Shown: positions 28,264 through 39,247, counted from the stretch's first letter. The stretch is 64,000 nt of DNA from a bacterium (GCA_021796115.1 JAJYOP010000004.1:4680-68679); one strand, 5' to 3'. The notes: generated by a model not told the origin, from the letters alone. Program-made: numbers and translations.

Positions 28264-31200
28264 ATGCCGAAAAGAACAGACCTCGAAAAAATTTTAATCA
28301 TCGGCTCAGGCCCAATTATTATCAGCCAGGCCTGCGAGTTTGATTATTCCGGTGCGCAAGCTTGCAAAGCGCTTAAAGAAGAAGGCTATAAAGTTGTCCT
28401 CTTAAATTCAAACCCGGCAACGATTATGACCGATCCCGAACTTGCCGATGCCACTTACATTGAGCCGATAACGGTTGAGGTGCTTGAGAAAATTATCGCC
28501 AAAGAAAAACCCCAAGCCTGCCTGCCCACGCTTGGCGGCCAGACCGCGCTTAACGTTGCATATGATGCCGCAAAAAAAGGCATTTTCAAAAAATACGGCG
28601 TGGAGCTTATTGGCGCAAATGAACAGGCAATCGCCAAAGCCGAAGACAGAGAACTTTTCAAAGGCACGATGGCCAAAGCCGGCATCAGCCTTCCGCGTTC
28701 GCGCACGATTTATTCTAGTGACGAGGGCCAGGCTGCACTTGATTTTGTCAACCTCCCCTGCGTCATCCGGCCGGCATTTACCCTTGGCGGAACCGGCGGA
28801 GGAATCGCTTATAACATCGAAGAGTATTGGGAAATTTTAAAACGCGGGCTTGACCTTAGCCTTATCCACGAAGTTTTAATCGAGGAATATCTCCAGGGCT
28901 GGAAAGAATACGAGCTTGAGGTGATGCGCGATAAAAAAGACAACGTGGTAATTATCTGTTCCATAGAAAATTTCGACCCTATGGGAGTGCATACCGGAGA
29001 TTCGATTACGGTTGCGCCAGTTCAGACGCTGACCGATGTAGAATATCAGAAGATGCGTATGGAAGCCATAAAAGCAATCCGGGCAATCGGAGTTGAGACC
29101 GGTGGAAGCAATATTCAATTTGCGGTTAACCCCAAAGACGGCAGAATGGTAATCATTGAAATGAATCCGCGGGTTTCCCGTTCGTCAGCGCTGGCCTCCA
29201 AGGCCACCGGATTTCCGATTGCAAAAATTGCCGCAAAGCTTGCCGTTGGTTTCACGCTTGACGAAGTTCCTAATGATATCACCAAAGAAACCCCGGCTTC
29301 TTTCGAGCCAACTATAGATTACTGCGTGGTGAAATTACCGCGTTTTACCTTTGAGAAATTCCCGCAAGCTGACCCGACATTGACTACATCGATGAAATCA
29401 GTCGGCGAAATTATGTCTATCGGAAGAACTTTTAAAGAGGCGCTGCTTAAAGGTATCCGGGCGCTTGAGATAGGTAAAACCGGCCTCAACTCTCTTATCG
29501 CAAACGAAGAAGGGATTTCTGAAGAAGAGCTTAAAGAAAAAGTAAAACAGTATCTCACCAGACCCAACGATAAAAGGCTTTTTTACATCGCCGATGCCTT
29601 CAGGCTCGGGTTTAGTATCGACGAAATTCATGAGCTAAGCTTCATCGACAAATGGTTCCTAAGCAACATAAAAGAAATCATTGATTTCGAAGAAGAGATA
29701 AAAAAGAAAAAAATAAACAAAGAAATTCTTTTAAAAGCAAAAGAATTCGGCTTCTCCGATAAATATCTGGCAGCAATGTTTGATATGAATGAGGAGGAGA
29801 TAAGAGAGTTAAGAGAGAAAGATAAAATTGAGGCCGCCTATAAATTGGTCGACACCTGCGCCGCAGAATTTGAGGCCTACACACCTTATTACTATTCAAC
29901 TTATGATAAAGAATGTGAAGCGCGCATTACCAGTAAAAAGAAAGTTATGATTTTGGGCGGCGGGCCGAACCGGATTGGCCAAGGCATTGAGTTTGATTAT
30001 TGCTGTGTGCATGCCGCGTTTTCCCTAAAAGAAGAAAACATCGAAGTTATCATGGTCAACTGTAATCCCGAAACAGTGTCTACAGATTATGATACTTCGG
30101 ATAAATTATATTTTGAACCAATAACCCTCGAAGACGTGTTAAGTATCTACAAAAAAGAAAAGCCTTACGGAGTGGTATTACAATTCGGCGGTCAGACCCC
30201 GCTTAACCTTGCTCTTGGCCTTGAAAAAGAAGGGATAAATGTCTTGGGCACAAAAGCAAAATACATTGATATCGCCGAAGACAGGGATAAATTCAGGACC
30301 CTTCTGCACAAATGTTCGCTAAGGCAGGCAGAAAGCGGTATCGCGCACAATTTGGAAGAGGCAAAAGAAATCGTTGCGCGGCTGGGGTATCCGGTCATGG
30401 TCAGGCCATCCTATGTTTTAGGCGGCCGCGCCATGGAAATTATCTATGATTCGCAAACCCTGGAAAGCTTTTTGAAAGAAGCGCTTCTCTATTCGTTGAA
30501 TCAAACCATTCTTATCGATAAATTTCTCGAAGACGCGATTGAAGTCGATGTTGATGTCATCGGCGACGGTGAAGTTTTTGTTATCGGAGGAATCCTGGAG
30601 CATATTGAAGAAGCTGGCATCCATTCCGGCGACAGCGCCATGTGCCTGCCGGCATTCAGCCTTTCCAAAGAAATTTTAGAAAAAATAAGAGACGCAAGCT
30701 ATGGCTTGGCAAAAGAATTACACATTGTCGGGTTGATGAATATACAATTTGCGGTAAAAGACGGCGAACCTTACATCCTTGAAGTAAACCCAAGGGCCTC
30801 AAGGACAATCCCTTTTATCTCAAAAGCTATCGGCGTTCCTTTGGCCAAGCTTGCCGCAAAAGTAATGATGGGGAAAAAATTAAAAGAGCTTAACTTTATC
30901 AAAGAAATACTTCCCCCGTATAAATGCGTAAAAGAATCAGTATTTCCTTTTAACCGGTTTTTCGGTGTCGACACAATGCTTGGCCCTGAAATGCGTTCAA
31001 CCGGAGAGGTTATGGGGATAGATAAGGATTTTGGCAGCGCCTATTTAAAAAGCCAGATTGCGGCTTACCAATTTTTGCCAAAACAAGGCAATGTTTTTAT
31101 TTCGGTTAAGGACAAGGATAAACCGAAAATCGCATCAATTGCCAAAAAGCTTAAGGAATTTGGTTTTAATATTCTTGCGACAGAAGGAACAGGAAAGGTG

Positions 31201-31488
31201 CTCCAAGAGAAATCAATCGAGGTTAAAATACTTCCGCGCGTTTCCGAAGGCCGGCCAAATGTTTTGGATTATATGAAGAATAATGACGTTACTCTGATAA
31301 TCAATACGCCTTCGGGAAGGATACCGCGTAAAGACGAAGTGGTCATCCGCTCGACAGCCACACTTTATAACATACCTGTAATTACGACTCTTGCCGGGGC
31401 CAAAGCTTCGGTTGAGGCAATTGAGGTTTTAAAGAAGGAAGACTTTAAGGTAAAAAGTATCCAAGAGTATCACAAGCTCATAAAATAA
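28264..31488 (+). CDS. carB: Carbamoyl-phosphate synthase large subunit
   Basis: The start is reset to [30 protein letters not shown]. It has two ATP-grasp halves and an MGS-like C-terminus. The ORF-track N-terminus is repeat-encoded. Confidence 0.95.
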   Translation: MPKRTDLEKILIIGSGPIIISQACEFDYSGAQACKALKEEGYKVVLLNSNPATIMTDPELADATYIEPITVEVLEKIIAKEKPQACLPTLGGQTALNVAYDAAKKGIFKKYGVELIGANEQAIAKAEDRELFKGTMAKAGISLPRSRTIYSSDEGQAALDFVNLPCVIRPAFTLGGTGGGIAYNIEEYWEILKRGLDLSLIHEVLIEEYLQGWKEYELEVMRDKKDNVVIICSIENFDPMGVHTGDSITVAPVQTLTDVEYQKMRMEAIKAIRAIGVETGGSNIQFAVNPKDGRMVIIEMNPRVSRSSALASKATGFPIAKIAAKLAVGFTLDEVPNDITKETPASFEPTIDYCVVKLPRFTFEKFPQADPTLTTSMKSVGEIMSIGRTFKEALLKGIRALEIGKTGLNSLIANEEGISEEELKEKVKQYLTRPNDKRLFYIADAFRLGFSIDEIHELSFIDKWFLSNIKEIIDFEEEIKKKKINKEILLKAKEFGFSDKYLAAMFDMNEEEIRELREKDKIEAAYKLVDTCAAEFEAYTPYYYSTYDKECEARITSKKKVMILGGGPNRIGQGIEFDYCCVHAAFSLKEENIEVIMVNCNPETVSTDYDTSDKLYFEPITLEDVLSIYKKEKPYGVVLQFGGQTPLNLALGLEKEGINVLGTKAKYIDIAEDRDKFRTLLHKCSLRQAESGIAHNLEEAKEIVARLGYPVMVRPSYVLGGRAMEIIYDSQTLESFLKEALLYSLNQTILIDKFLEDAIEVDVDVIGDGEVFVIGGILEHIEEAGIHSGDSAMCLPAFSLSKEILEKIRDASYGLAKELHIVGLMNIQFAVKDGEPYILEVNPRASRTIPFISKAIGVPLAKLAAKVMMGKKLKELNFIKEILPPYKCVKESVFPFNRFFGVDTMLGPEMRSTGEVMGIDKDFGSAYLKSQIAAYQFLPKQGNVFISVKDKDKPKIASIAKKLKEFGFNILATEGTGKVLQEKSIEVKILPRVSEGRPNVLDYMKNNDVTLIINTPSGRIPRKDEVVIRSTATLYNIPVITTLAGAKASVEAIEVLKKEDFKVKSIQEYHKLIK

Positions 31489-31510
31489 TTTTACGGTAAA
31501 CTTCCGACAC

Positions 31511-32020
31511 ATGCTCAATAAACAAGAGATACAAAAACTAATCAGCGAGAAAAAACTCATTGAGGGCTGTATTGATTTAGAAACCCAAACTACCCCCAAC
31601 GGTTTTGACTTAACTGCGGGTAAAATTTACGAATTCGATACTCCCGGTGCCATAGATTTTTCTAACAAAGAAAGAGTGGTTCCGGAAGGAAAAGAATTAT
31701 CCGCGCAAAAGGTAAAACCGGAAGATAAATTTGGCTGGTGGAATTTAAAACAGGGAACGTATAAGGTCCGGACCAACGAAACAGTGAATCTGCCAAACGA
31801 TTTAGTGGCACAAGCATTTACCCGCACAACACTACTGCGTATGGGTGCGTTCACTCAGCACGGCGTCTGGGATGCGGGATTCCATGGCAGAGGAGAGTTT
31901 GTTTTAATCGTCGGCAATCCTTGTGGGATTAAAATAAAGCAGAATGCCCGCATCGCCCAACTTGTGTTTTTGCCAACCAAAGAAACCGAAGGGTATAAAG
32001 GCATCTATAATAATATATAA
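31511..32020 (+). CDS. dCTP deaminase / archaeal-type dUTPase family protein
   Basis: 169 aa, with NGFDLTAGKIYEF...RTTLLRMG...GFHGRGEFVL...ARIAQLVF, the beta-barrel dUTPase-superfamily pattern. Confidence 0.7.
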   Translation: MLNKQEIQKLISEKKLIEGCIDLETQTTPNGFDLTAGKIYEFDTPGAIDFSNKERVVPEGKELSAQKVKPEDKFGWWNLKQGTYKVRTNETVNLPNDLVAQAFTRTTLLRMGAFTQHGVWDAGFHGRGEFVLIVGNPCGIKIKQNARIAQLVFLPTKETEGYKGIYNNI

Positions 32021-32030
32021 ATAGCACGGT

Positions 32031-32090
32031 AAACTCTAAACTCGAAATCCTAAACTCTAAACAAACTACAAACTCGAAATCACAAACTAA
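32031..32090. repeat. Family A word repeat, copy 6 (left arm only)
   Basis: aaactctaaactcgaaatcctaaactctaaacaaactacaaactcgaaatcacaaactaa. There is no complementary right arm before the ATG at 32092. Confidence 0.6.
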
Positions 32091-32091
32091 A

Positions 32092-32481
32092 ATGGATAAA
32101 ATCGCAATTAATACCGCTAAACTAATTGAATTTATCGATATCACTTCCAAAATAGAAAAAATCGTAAGAGACTCGAAAATTAAAAATGGTATTTGTGTGA
32201 TTTTTTGTCCACACACAACCGCTGCGATTACGATAAATGAAAATGCTGACCCGTCAGTGCAAAAAGATATTATTAAACACTTGGATGAATTAGTTCCCGC
32301 TGATAAAAATTATTTGCACTCCGAAGGCAATTCCGATGCGCACATCAAAAGTTCGCTTTTGGGATGCTCGCTTAACGTTATAATTGAAGATAGCACTTTA
32401 GCTCTTGGCACTTGGCAGGGGATTTATTTTTGTGAATTCGACGGGCCAAGAGAGAGGCAGGTTTGGGTAAAAATTATTTAA
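32092..32481 (+). CDS. yjbQ: YjbQ / UPF0047 family (secondary thiamine-phosphate synthase-like)
   Basis: CPHTTAAITINENADPSV...GNSDAHIKSSLLG...GTWQGIYFCEFDGPR. Confidence 0.85.
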   Translation: MDKIAINTAKLIEFIDITSKIEKIVRDSKIKNGICVIFCPHTTAAITINENADPSVQKDIIKHLDELVPADKNYLHSEGNSDAHIKSSLLGCSLNVIIEDSTLALGTWQGIYFCEFDGPRERQVWVKII

Positions 32482-32496
32482 AAATAAGGAGGCGGG

Positions 32497-32634
32497 ATGA
32501 ATAAAATCAAAATTTACGGGATTACTGGAAAACTTTTGATGTTGTTGGCGGCAGTTACCAGTATTTTACTCAGCGCCGGATTGCTCTTCGGTATAAAAAG
32601 AGCAGAGCAGCCCGTTACCTTATTCTATAGATAA
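32497..32634 (+). CDS. Possible 45-aa single-pass membrane peptide
   Basis: An AAGGAGG sequence lies 6 nt upstream of the ATG. My own translation gives MNKIKIYGITGKLLMLLAAVTSILLSAGLLFGIKRAEQPVTLFYR. Confidence 0.4.
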   Translation: MNKIKIYGITGKLLMLLAAVTSILLSAGLLFGIKRAEQPVTLFYR

Positions 32635-32653
32635 GTTTATTATAAGTGCTCTT

Positions 32654-32881
32654 ATGTTTTTTATTGCTAACCCTTTTACGTTTGCTGGGACGTTATTTTT
32701 TTGGCGGGCAAGAAAAAACGAAAATCCGCCACATTTATCAAAATGGTTTATCTTTATAGTTTTTTACATTATTGGATTAATCGTTTTTATCGCGCACGTA
32801 ATTTATTTACACATAAAATTAAACGAAAGGTTTACTGTTGTTGATAAGATGATTCCAAACACAGAACTAATCAAAAAGTAA
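32654..32881 (+). CDS. Hypothetical small membrane protein
   Basis: 75 aa with two hydrophobic helices. I recognise no family. Confidence 0.4.
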   Translation: MFFIANPFTFAGTLFFWRARKNENPPHLSKWFIFIVFYIIGLIVFIAHVIYLHIKLNERFTVVDKMIPNTELIKK

Positions 32882-32888
32882 AAAACTT

Positions 32889-33692
32889 ATGCCAGAACTT
32901 CCGGAAGTTGAGACAATCAAGCGCGAATTAGAAAAAGCTGTTTTAGGTAAAAAAATCACCAAAGTTTCCATATTAAACCCAAAAGTGATCAAAGAGCCTT
33001 CCGCGGAAAAATTCAAAAAGGAACTAGAAGGCGTAACTATAAAAAGTATTCTGCGCAAAGCCAAACTGCTTATTTTTGAATTATCGAACGGTAAATTTTT
33101 AGCCATTCACTTAAAGATGACCGGCCAGTTAATTTATCCTGGTACAGGTTCAAAATTAGCCAGGGTAATTTTTGGTCTTTCTGATGGGAAGAATTTAGAT
33201 TTTAATGATGGCCGTTTGTTTGCCGAATTACGATTAGTTGATGATTGGCAGAAATTAAAATTTATTCAAGGGCTAGGTCCCGAACCATTTGATTTATCCG
33301 TTGATAAATTTAAGGAAATGCTGGCTAATAAAAAAACCAAAATAAAACCACTGCTCCTTGATCAGACCTTTATTTCCGGTTGCGGCAATATTTACGCTAA
33401 CGAAGCTTTATTTCGCGCAAAAATAAGCCCTGAACGGCCAGCGAATAGCTTGTCAGATAAAGAAAAAGAATTGCTTTTTAAAGAATTGAAGGAAACACTC
33501 AAAGAAGCAATTGCCCACAAGGGCTCATCCGTTGACGATTATGTTCAGCTTTCCGGGGAAGCAGGCGGATATGCCAAGTACCATAAAGTTTATGACCGCG
33601 AAGGAAAGCCTTGTCTACGTTGCAAAAAAACCATCAAAAGAATAACCTTAAGCGGAAGGGGCACTTATTTTTGTCCGCAGTGTCAGATTTGA
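32889..33692 (+). CDS. mutM: Formamidopyrimidine-DNA glycosylase
   Basis: The N-terminus is MPELPEVE. The C-terminal zinc finger is CLRCKKTIKRITLSGRGTYFCPQCQ. Confidence 0.9.
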   Translation: MPELPEVETIKRELEKAVLGKKITKVSILNPKVIKEPSAEKFKKELEGVTIKSILRKAKLLIFELSNGKFLAIHLKMTGQLIYPGTGSKLARVIFGLSDGKNLDFNDGRLFAELRLVDDWQKLKFIQGLGPEPFDLSVDKFKEMLANKKTKIKPLLLDQTFISGCGNIYANEALFRAKISPERPANSLSDKEKELLFKELKETLKEAIAHKGSSVDDYVQLSGEAGGYAKYHKVYDREGKPCLRCKKTIKRITLSGRGTYFCPQCQI

Positions 33693-33747
33693 CAGGATAA
33701 AGGGTTAAGGGGGCAGGGTACAGAAGAACGATTGATGAAGGAAGCGA

Positions 33748-35559
33748 ATGAAAAGAAAGTTCTCGGAAAAAGAAATTTTTAGCTTACTGAAATCTTGCCA
33801 GGACAAACCGTTTATTTTTCTTGATACCGCGGTTTTTGATAAAGAAAACGCAACCTCTTATCTCTTCAAAGGCTTTACCAAAATAATTACCTTTAATTAC
33901 GGCGATAACCTAGATTTATTTTTTGAGGAAATAGAAGATGCTATAAGAAAAAAACTCTGGCTCTCCGGATTTTTTTCTTACGAGTTTGGATACTTCCTGG
34001 AGCCCGCACTTCACCATTTTAGAGAAAAAAATAAATTCCCGCTTGCCTGGCTCGCTGTCTCTAAAGAACCTATGAAAATAAAACACAAGCTGGATTTAAC
34101 TTCCGCTTGCCGTAAACCCCACTTTAAAATAAAAAATCTGAAAGCAAATGTGGACTTTCCAGAATACCAGAAAGCAATAAGGAAAATAAAAAATTATCTG
34201 CGTAACGGCACCAATTATCAAACAAATTTTTCCTTTAAAGTTAAATTCGATTTTTTCGGCAGCGTGCTTGATTTTTACCTTTCTTTAAGGCATGCGCAGC
34301 CAACAGCTTATGCCGCGCTGATTAATATCGGCAAAGATTTCATTGTTTCGCTTTCTCCGGAACTTTTTTTTAAAAAATCAGGGAATGCAATTTTGACCCG
34401 GCCGATGAAAGGTTCCTTTCCGAGGGGGGTTAACGAAGAAGCGGACAGGTTAAATATGGCGGTTTTGGCTGCCGACAGGAAGAATCAGGCAGAGAACCTG
34501 ATGATTGTTGATTTATTGAGGAATGATTTAGGAAGAATTTCGCAACAAGTTTGGGTGTCGAAACTTTTCAATATTGAAAAATACAGGACTATTCACCAAA
34601 TGACCTCAACCGTAGCCGCTAAATTAAAAAGCAATATTAAAACAAAAGATATTTTTACTGCGCTTTTCCCGTCCGGCTCGGTTACTGGCGCGCCAAAAAT
34701 AAAGACCATGGAAATCATAAATGAACTGGAAAAAGAACCACGCGGTATTTATACCGGCGCGATAGGCTATATTTCTCCAGAGAAGAGAGCCTGTTTTAAC
34801 GTAGCGATAAGAACAATTCATTTAAAAAACAAAAAAGGCGAAATGGGTATCGGCGGAGGAGTGATTTATGATTCATCCGCGTTAAAAGAATACAAAGAGG
34901 CATATCTAAAGGCCGATTTTCTCACAAAAAATTTCCCCCACTTCCGTCTTATTGAAACTATTCTTTTCAAGCCTTCCCAGGGCTATTACTTACTTAAAGA
35001 ACACCTGAACAGGCTAAAAAAATCCTGTAATTATTTTTCCATTCCCGTTAATTTGGAAAAAATAGAAAAGGATTTGTTTCACCTGGCAAACAAAAATTCA
35101 CAAAAAAAATTTAAAGTCAGGCTCTCGGTTGATTTAGCCGGCAAAACAAAAATAGAACCGAGCTGCCTGGATACAGAGAGCGAGCCGGTGCGGCTCCTGA
35201 TCAGCTCAAAACGCACGGATCCTGACAATATTTTTCTCTACCATAAAACTACAGAAAGGAATCTCTATGACAGGGAAAGAGAAGAAGCGCTGAAAAAAGG
35301 ATTTTTTGAGGTACTTTTTCTAAACAATAAAGACGAGGTTACCGAGGGCGCAATCAGTAACATTTTTATCCGCAGCAACGGCATGCTTAATACTCCGCCT
35401 GTAAAATGCGGCCTTTTAGACGGGGTCTTGCGCCAGCAGCTTATAAAAACCGGCCAAGCTAAAGAAAAGAATCTTTCTTTACAGGATATTCTTAAGGCAA
35501 AAGAGCTTTATATAGGTAATTCCGTAAGGGGGCTACTTAAAGTGCAGATTGCTAAGTAA
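33748..35559 (+). CDS. pabB: Aminodeoxychorismate synthase component I fused to an aminodeoxychorismate lyase-like (class IV aminotransferase) domain
   Basis: The chorismate-binding core is RPMKGSFPRG, LFPSGSVTGAPK and PRGIYTGAIGY. The C-terminal ~200 aa have a PabC/IlvE-like tail (EGAISNIF...LDGVLR). Confidence 0.8.
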   Translation: MKRKFSEKEIFSLLKSCQDKPFIFLDTAVFDKENATSYLFKGFTKIITFNYGDNLDLFFEEIEDAIRKKLWLSGFFSYEFGYFLEPALHHFREKNKFPLAWLAVSKEPMKIKHKLDLTSACRKPHFKIKNLKANVDFPEYQKAIRKIKNYLRNGTNYQTNFSFKVKFDFFGSVLDFYLSLRHAQPTAYAALINIGKDFIVSLSPELFFKKSGNAILTRPMKGSFPRGVNEEADRLNMAVLAADRKNQAENLMIVDLLRNDLGRISQQVWVSKLFNIEKYRTIHQMTSTVAAKLKSNIKTKDIFTALFPSGSVTGAPKIKTMEIINELEKEPRGIYTGAIGYISPEKRACFNVAIRTIHLKNKKGEMGIGGGVIYDSSALKEYKEAYLKADFLTKNFPHFRLIETILFKPSQGYYLLKEHLNRLKKSCNYFSIPVNLEKIEKDLFHLANKNSQKKFKVRLSVDLAGKTKIEPSCLDTESEPVRLLISSKRTDPDNIFLYHKTTERNLYDREREEALKKGFFEVLFLNNKDEVTEGAISNIFIRSNGMLNTPPVKCGLLDGVLRQQLIKTGQAKEKNLSLQDILKAKELYIGNSVRGLLKVQIAK

Positions 35560-35577
35560 AATAAAAGAATTTCCTTA

Positions 35578-35681
35578 CCCCACACCCGGCCCACATAAAG
35601 AAAGTTTAATGAAACTGGGTGTGGGTATAATTCGACTAAGTACTTTTTAGACTTCCTGTCTAAAAAGTACAAGTCTCATTA
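35578..35681 (-). ncRNA. GA-clamp hairpin motif, copy 5 (opposite strand to the flanking genes)
   Basis: The minus strand reads TAATGAGAC-tt-gtactttttagac-aggaa-gtctaaaaagtac-tta-GTCGAATTA-ta-CCCACACCC...GGGTGTGGG. Confidence 0.45.
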
Positions 35682-35834
35682 TCGCACTATGATTTTTCCG
35701 GCGCCATGCCTGCCCTTCGGGCAGTCTAGGCTTGGAAAAATCACGTGCTCATTAATTTAACTTGCCCAGCCAGGCAAATAACAGTACAATCAGTATACCG
35801 CTTTTGCCAAAATATAGGGCATGATAGTTTTAGA

Positions 35835-36617
35835 ATGAAAGAACTTAACCTTAAAATCGAATCGCTTAAGAAGATTAAAAATGATATTTATCTGCTTCAG
35901 CTTAATTCCCCTTATCTTGCCAAGCGAGTCAAACCAGGACAATTTATCCATATAAAAGTTGACGACGAAACTACAATTTTACGCCGGCCATTAAGCCTTC
36001 ACAAAGTTAAAAACAATATTATCTCTATACTTTTCCGGGTGCGGGGGCGGGGGACGAAACTACTTTCGCAAGCCAAACCCGGCGATACCTTAAACGTTAT
36101 TGGCCCATTGGGTAACGGATTCGAGGTTCTTCATCCATCATCCGAAGTAATTAATATCTTAGTAGCGGGAGGAATGGGGGTTGCGCCTTTAGTTTTTCTT
36201 GCAGAAAGATTAGCCAAAGCTAAAAATAATAAAACAAAAAATCTGGTTTTATTGGGAGCAAAAAACAAAAAAGAAATTTTAGCCGAGCAGGAGTTTAAAA
36301 AACTTGGTTTCGCAATTCAAATCGCCACCGACGATGGTTCTTACGGTTTTAAAGGCAACGTTGTCGGTCTTCTTGGGAAAATACTATCGGCTAAGGACTA
36401 TCGACTATGGACTGACATCTACGCCTGCGGCCCCAAAGAAATGTTTTATGAGATAAAAAAAGTTACGGATAAATATCCGCATATTCATACCCAGGTTTCC
36501 TTTGAGCAATTCATGGGCTGCGGTTTAGGCATTTGCTGCGGCTGCGTGATTGAGACAAAAAATGGGTACAAGAAGGTCTGTAAAGATGGACCGGTATTTG
36601 ACTTAAAAGATATTTAA
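35835..36617 (+). CDS. pyrK: Dihydroorotate dehydrogenase electron-transfer subunit
   Basis: The start is reset to MKELNLKIESLKK. It has an FAD/NAD-binding fold (RRPLSL, GGMGVAPL) and the C-terminal 2Fe-2S motif CGLGICCGC...C. Confidence 0.85.
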   Translation: MKELNLKIESLKKIKNDIYLLQLNSPYLAKRVKPGQFIHIKVDDETTILRRPLSLHKVKNNIISILFRVRGRGTKLLSQAKPGDTLNVIGPLGNGFEVLHPSSEVINILVAGGMGVAPLVFLAERLAKAKNNKTKNLVLLGAKNKKEILAEQEFKKLGFAIQIATDDGSYGFKGNVVGLLGKILSAKDYRLWTDIYACGPKEMFYEIKKVTDKYPHIHTQVSFEQFMGCGLGICCGCVIETKNGYKKVCKDGPVFDLKDI

Positions 36618-36629
36618 CAAGGAGGGCGC

Positions 36630-37778
36630 ATGGAACCTTTTATTTCAATTATTGTCCCGGTAAGAAATATGGAGCGCACCATTGGAACGACATTTAATTA
36701 TCTAATGAACGTTGCATATCCGCGCGACAAAATGGAAATTGTCTTTGCCGACGGCGGCTCGACCGATTCCACTATTCAAATCATAAAAAATTATCAAAAA
36801 GACCACCCCTACATTAAACTTGTTGAAATCCCTAAATGTCCTTCACCTGGTTTTGCCAGGACGAAAGCACTTGAAATAGTTAAAGGGGATTTTGTATTTT
36901 TCACCGATGGAGATTGCGCCCCATGCAAGGACTGGATCTATAAGATGCTCGAGGTATTTAAAACCGATTCAAAAATCGGCGCAGTTGGAGGAGAGATACT
37001 CACCTTAAAAGTCGACCCCAACAACCTGGTTGAAATTTTCTGCCAGGCGTTCGGCTTTAACCGCGTTTCCTGGAGGTATGGCAACCTGCAGGAAGGCTAT
37101 TACCCTGATTTAAGCGAGATGGCTCCGACGCAAGTCTGCGGCCACCGGGCTTACTTTTTTGTTACAGCCAATGTTGCCTACCGGAAAGAGGTAATCGATG
37201 CCAACGGCCGAAAATTTTGGGATTTACCCACGGGAGAAGATATCGATTTTGGTATCCGTGCCCGCAAGCAGGGATGGAAATTTTATTTCCTTCCCTCGGC
37301 AAGCGTCGAGCATATGCACAGAGCTGACACAAAAGCGTTGCTCAAAGTTTGGAAATCATACGGTGCGGCACATCCGGTATTGCTTAAGGCTCATGCCTCA
37401 AGTTACATGGAAATAATTTTCCAATTTATCGGCAAATACCCCAACCATCCAATATTGCGCATACCATGTTTCGTTAAAGGATTTATCTATATCGGCAATT
37501 TCCACATCATGAATATTTTCGGATCCCTCTTTTTACTTTTTTTTATCCTGCAATGGGGATTTCCCTGCGCTTTCTGGTTTAAATTACTTACCTGGCTGTG
37601 TCTTGCGATAACCATGGTGGCAAAATTTAAATATTTCAGAATGGTTTTCAATATCGAACCATACGATAAGTGGTTTGAATTTGCCAAGCTGAAATATTTC
37701 ACCAATCTTTATTTTATGATGGGTGGACTAAAGGGCTCTTTTAAAAACGGAACGTTTTGCATTGAACCCAGTTTTTAG
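36630..37778 (+). CDS. Family 2 glycosyltransferase with a C-terminal membrane domain
   Basis: ISIIVPVRN, FTDGDC (the DxD region) and GEDIDFG. It has three or four C-terminal hydrophobic helices. Confidence 0.8.
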   Translation: MEPFISIIVPVRNMERTIGTTFNYLMNVAYPRDKMEIVFADGGSTDSTIQIIKNYQKDHPYIKLVEIPKCPSPGFARTKALEIVKGDFVFFTDGDCAPCKDWIYKMLEVFKTDSKIGAVGGEILTLKVDPNNLVEIFCQAFGFNRVSWRYGNLQEGYYPDLSEMAPTQVCGHRAYFFVTANVAYRKEVIDANGRKFWDLPTGEDIDFGIRARKQGWKFYFLPSASVEHMHRADTKALLKVWKSYGAAHPVLLKAHASSYMEIIFQFIGKYPNHPILRIPCFVKGFIYIGNFHIMNIFGSLFLLFFILQWGFPCAFWFKLLTWLCLAITMVAKFKYFRMVFNIEPYDKWFEFAKLKYFTNLYFMMGGLKGSFKNGTFCIEPSF

Positions 37779-37836
37779 CGTATAGCGGATAGCGTATAGG
37801 TAAAATTTTCGCTAAACGCTCTACGCTATCCGCTAA
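37777..37836. repeat. Word-hairpin (AGCGTAT/ATACGCT words)
   Basis: agcgtatagcggatagcgtatagg-taaaattttcgctaaacgct-ctacgctatccgcta. Confidence 0.6.
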
Positions 37837-37851
37837 TAAATGGAGGATAAC

Positions 37852-38208
37852 ATGTGGATAGGCTACACACTTTTAGGTTTAGTTGCCGGAACACTTAGCG
37901 GATTTTTAGGTATTGGTGGAGGATTGATTCTTATTCCCGCGCTAGTCTATCTTTTTGGATTAACCCAGCATCAGGCACAAGGAACCACTCTTGCCTTTAT
38001 GATTCCGCCAATCGGTTTACTTGCAGCGCTGAAATATTATCACGACGGCAACGTAAAGCTAAACATCGCTATGTTTATGTGCCTCGGATTTTTCATCGGC
38101 GGTTTTCTTGGTGCAATGTTTGTGCATAAAATCTCCGATCTTTTGCTAAAAAGAATTTTTGGCGGGATTATTTTTCTCGCCTCTTTAAGAATGATTTTCG
38201 GAAAATAA
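37852..38208 (+). CDS. TauE/SafE (TSUP) family permease, half-size
   Basis: MWIGYTLLGLVAGTLSGFLGIGGGLILIPAL. A GGAGGA sequence lies 5 nt upstream of this ATG. Confidence 0.7.
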   Translation: MWIGYTLLGLVAGTLSGFLGIGGGLILIPALVYLFGLTQHQAQGTTLAFMIPPIGLLAALKYYHDGNVKLNIAMFMCLGFFIGGFLGAMFVHKISDLLLKRIFGGIIFLASLRMIFGK

Positions 38209-38226
38209 ATCCCTTAAGAACAGAAT

Positions 38227-38260
38227 AAAACCCAGCATCTCAAAAAGTGCTGGGTTTTAT
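38227..38260. terminator. Bidirectional intrinsic terminator
   Basis: aaaacccagca-tctcaaaaag-tgctgggtttt, sitting between convergent genes. Confidence 0.6.
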
Positions 38261-38284
38261 ATTTAAGATATTCTATAGGTTGGT

Positions 38285-38635
38285 TTATTTTATAAATTTT
38301 ATTGATATGGGATAATGGTAACTTACTCCATCATTTGCTTTTATCGATGCAATTATGACTAGAATTATCTGCGAAATAGCAATAGCAATGAGTAGAGGAA
38401 TGCCTATAAGAATAAAGCAAAGGAGCCACGCTATAATTGCATAAATAGTCATTGAGATTTGGAAATTCAGCGACTCTTTCCCCTGCTCATTAACAAACGG
38501 AAATGCATCTTTTTTGGTCAGCCATATAATTAAAGGCCCGATGATGTTTCCAAAAGGTATAACGAATCCGCAAAAGGCTAATAAATGACAGAGCATACCC
38601 CAGGTGTTAGCTTGCTTGTTTTCGGCTTCGGCCAT
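38285..38635 (-). CDS. DUF4870-like membrane protein
   Basis: WGMLCHLLAFCGFVIPFGNIIGPLIIWLTKKD...GKESLNFQIS. Confidence 0.65.
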   Translation of the reverse strand: MAEAENKQANTWGMLCHLLAFCGFVIPFGNIIGPLIIWLTKKDAFPFVNEQGKESLNFQISMTIYAIIAWLLCFILIGIPLLIAIAISQIILVIIASIKANDGVSYHYPISIKFIK

Positions 38636-39075
38636 AGAACACCCCCTTTTTAATTCGTGTGATTAACTTTAGACATTTTCCCCAATATATCCACCCTAAT
38701 AAACGTACGGCAAAATAATACGCCAAGGCGAATCGGAAATTGTTTTGTTTTAGGATAGTATATAATTCTTTATCCGCTTCTTTTCTTTTTACACATGAGC
38801 TTATTTCCGGACTAAATTGGTAAAAGACATCGTGGATGAGTGATGCGTAATAAGTTTTGCTCTCCCCGGTTTCAAAGTTTAAAACGCCTTCCGGCGTGCC
38901 GAAATAAATATCTTGTATTTTAAACTTCGGGCTGCAGCCATCCCAGGCATAACCCTGCCGGTTAGCCCCTTTTTATGACAACTGTCCCGTCAGCTTTAAG
39001 CTTAAACCATTCATTTTCAAAGAAGCGGCCTTTTATTGAAGAAAGATAAACGTAATCTTTTTTATGCAGTCAACA
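38607..39075 (-). pseudogene. Frameshifted, start-less remnant of a DUF1353-like gene (the family call is tentative)
   Basis: My own translation finds two frames. One reads ...DYVYLSSIKGRFFENEWFKLKADGTVVIKRG*. The other reads GYAWDGCSPKFKIQDIYFGTPEGVLNFETGESKTYYASLIHDVFYQF...KRKEADKELYTILK... Neither has an initiator Met. The frames switch near 38965-38975. Confidence 0.4.
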
Positions 39076-39156
39076 TAAACACCCATAAAAGATGATTGAA
39101 TAGATTTTCTCACGCAGATTTACGAAAGTAAATACAAAATTTTGCTGGAGTTTCCC

Positions 39157-39247
39157 CATTTTTTTATTTTTAAGGACGGATGTCACGGATGATTGTGGAT
39201 GCATACGGATAATTATAGGTTTTTTATCCGTCTGCATCCGCCCCCTG
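39157..39247. repeat. Family F word-hairpin, copy 2
   Basis: catttttttatttttaaggacggatgtcacggatgattgtggatgcatacggataattataggttttttatccgtctgcatccgc. Confidence 0.7.
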
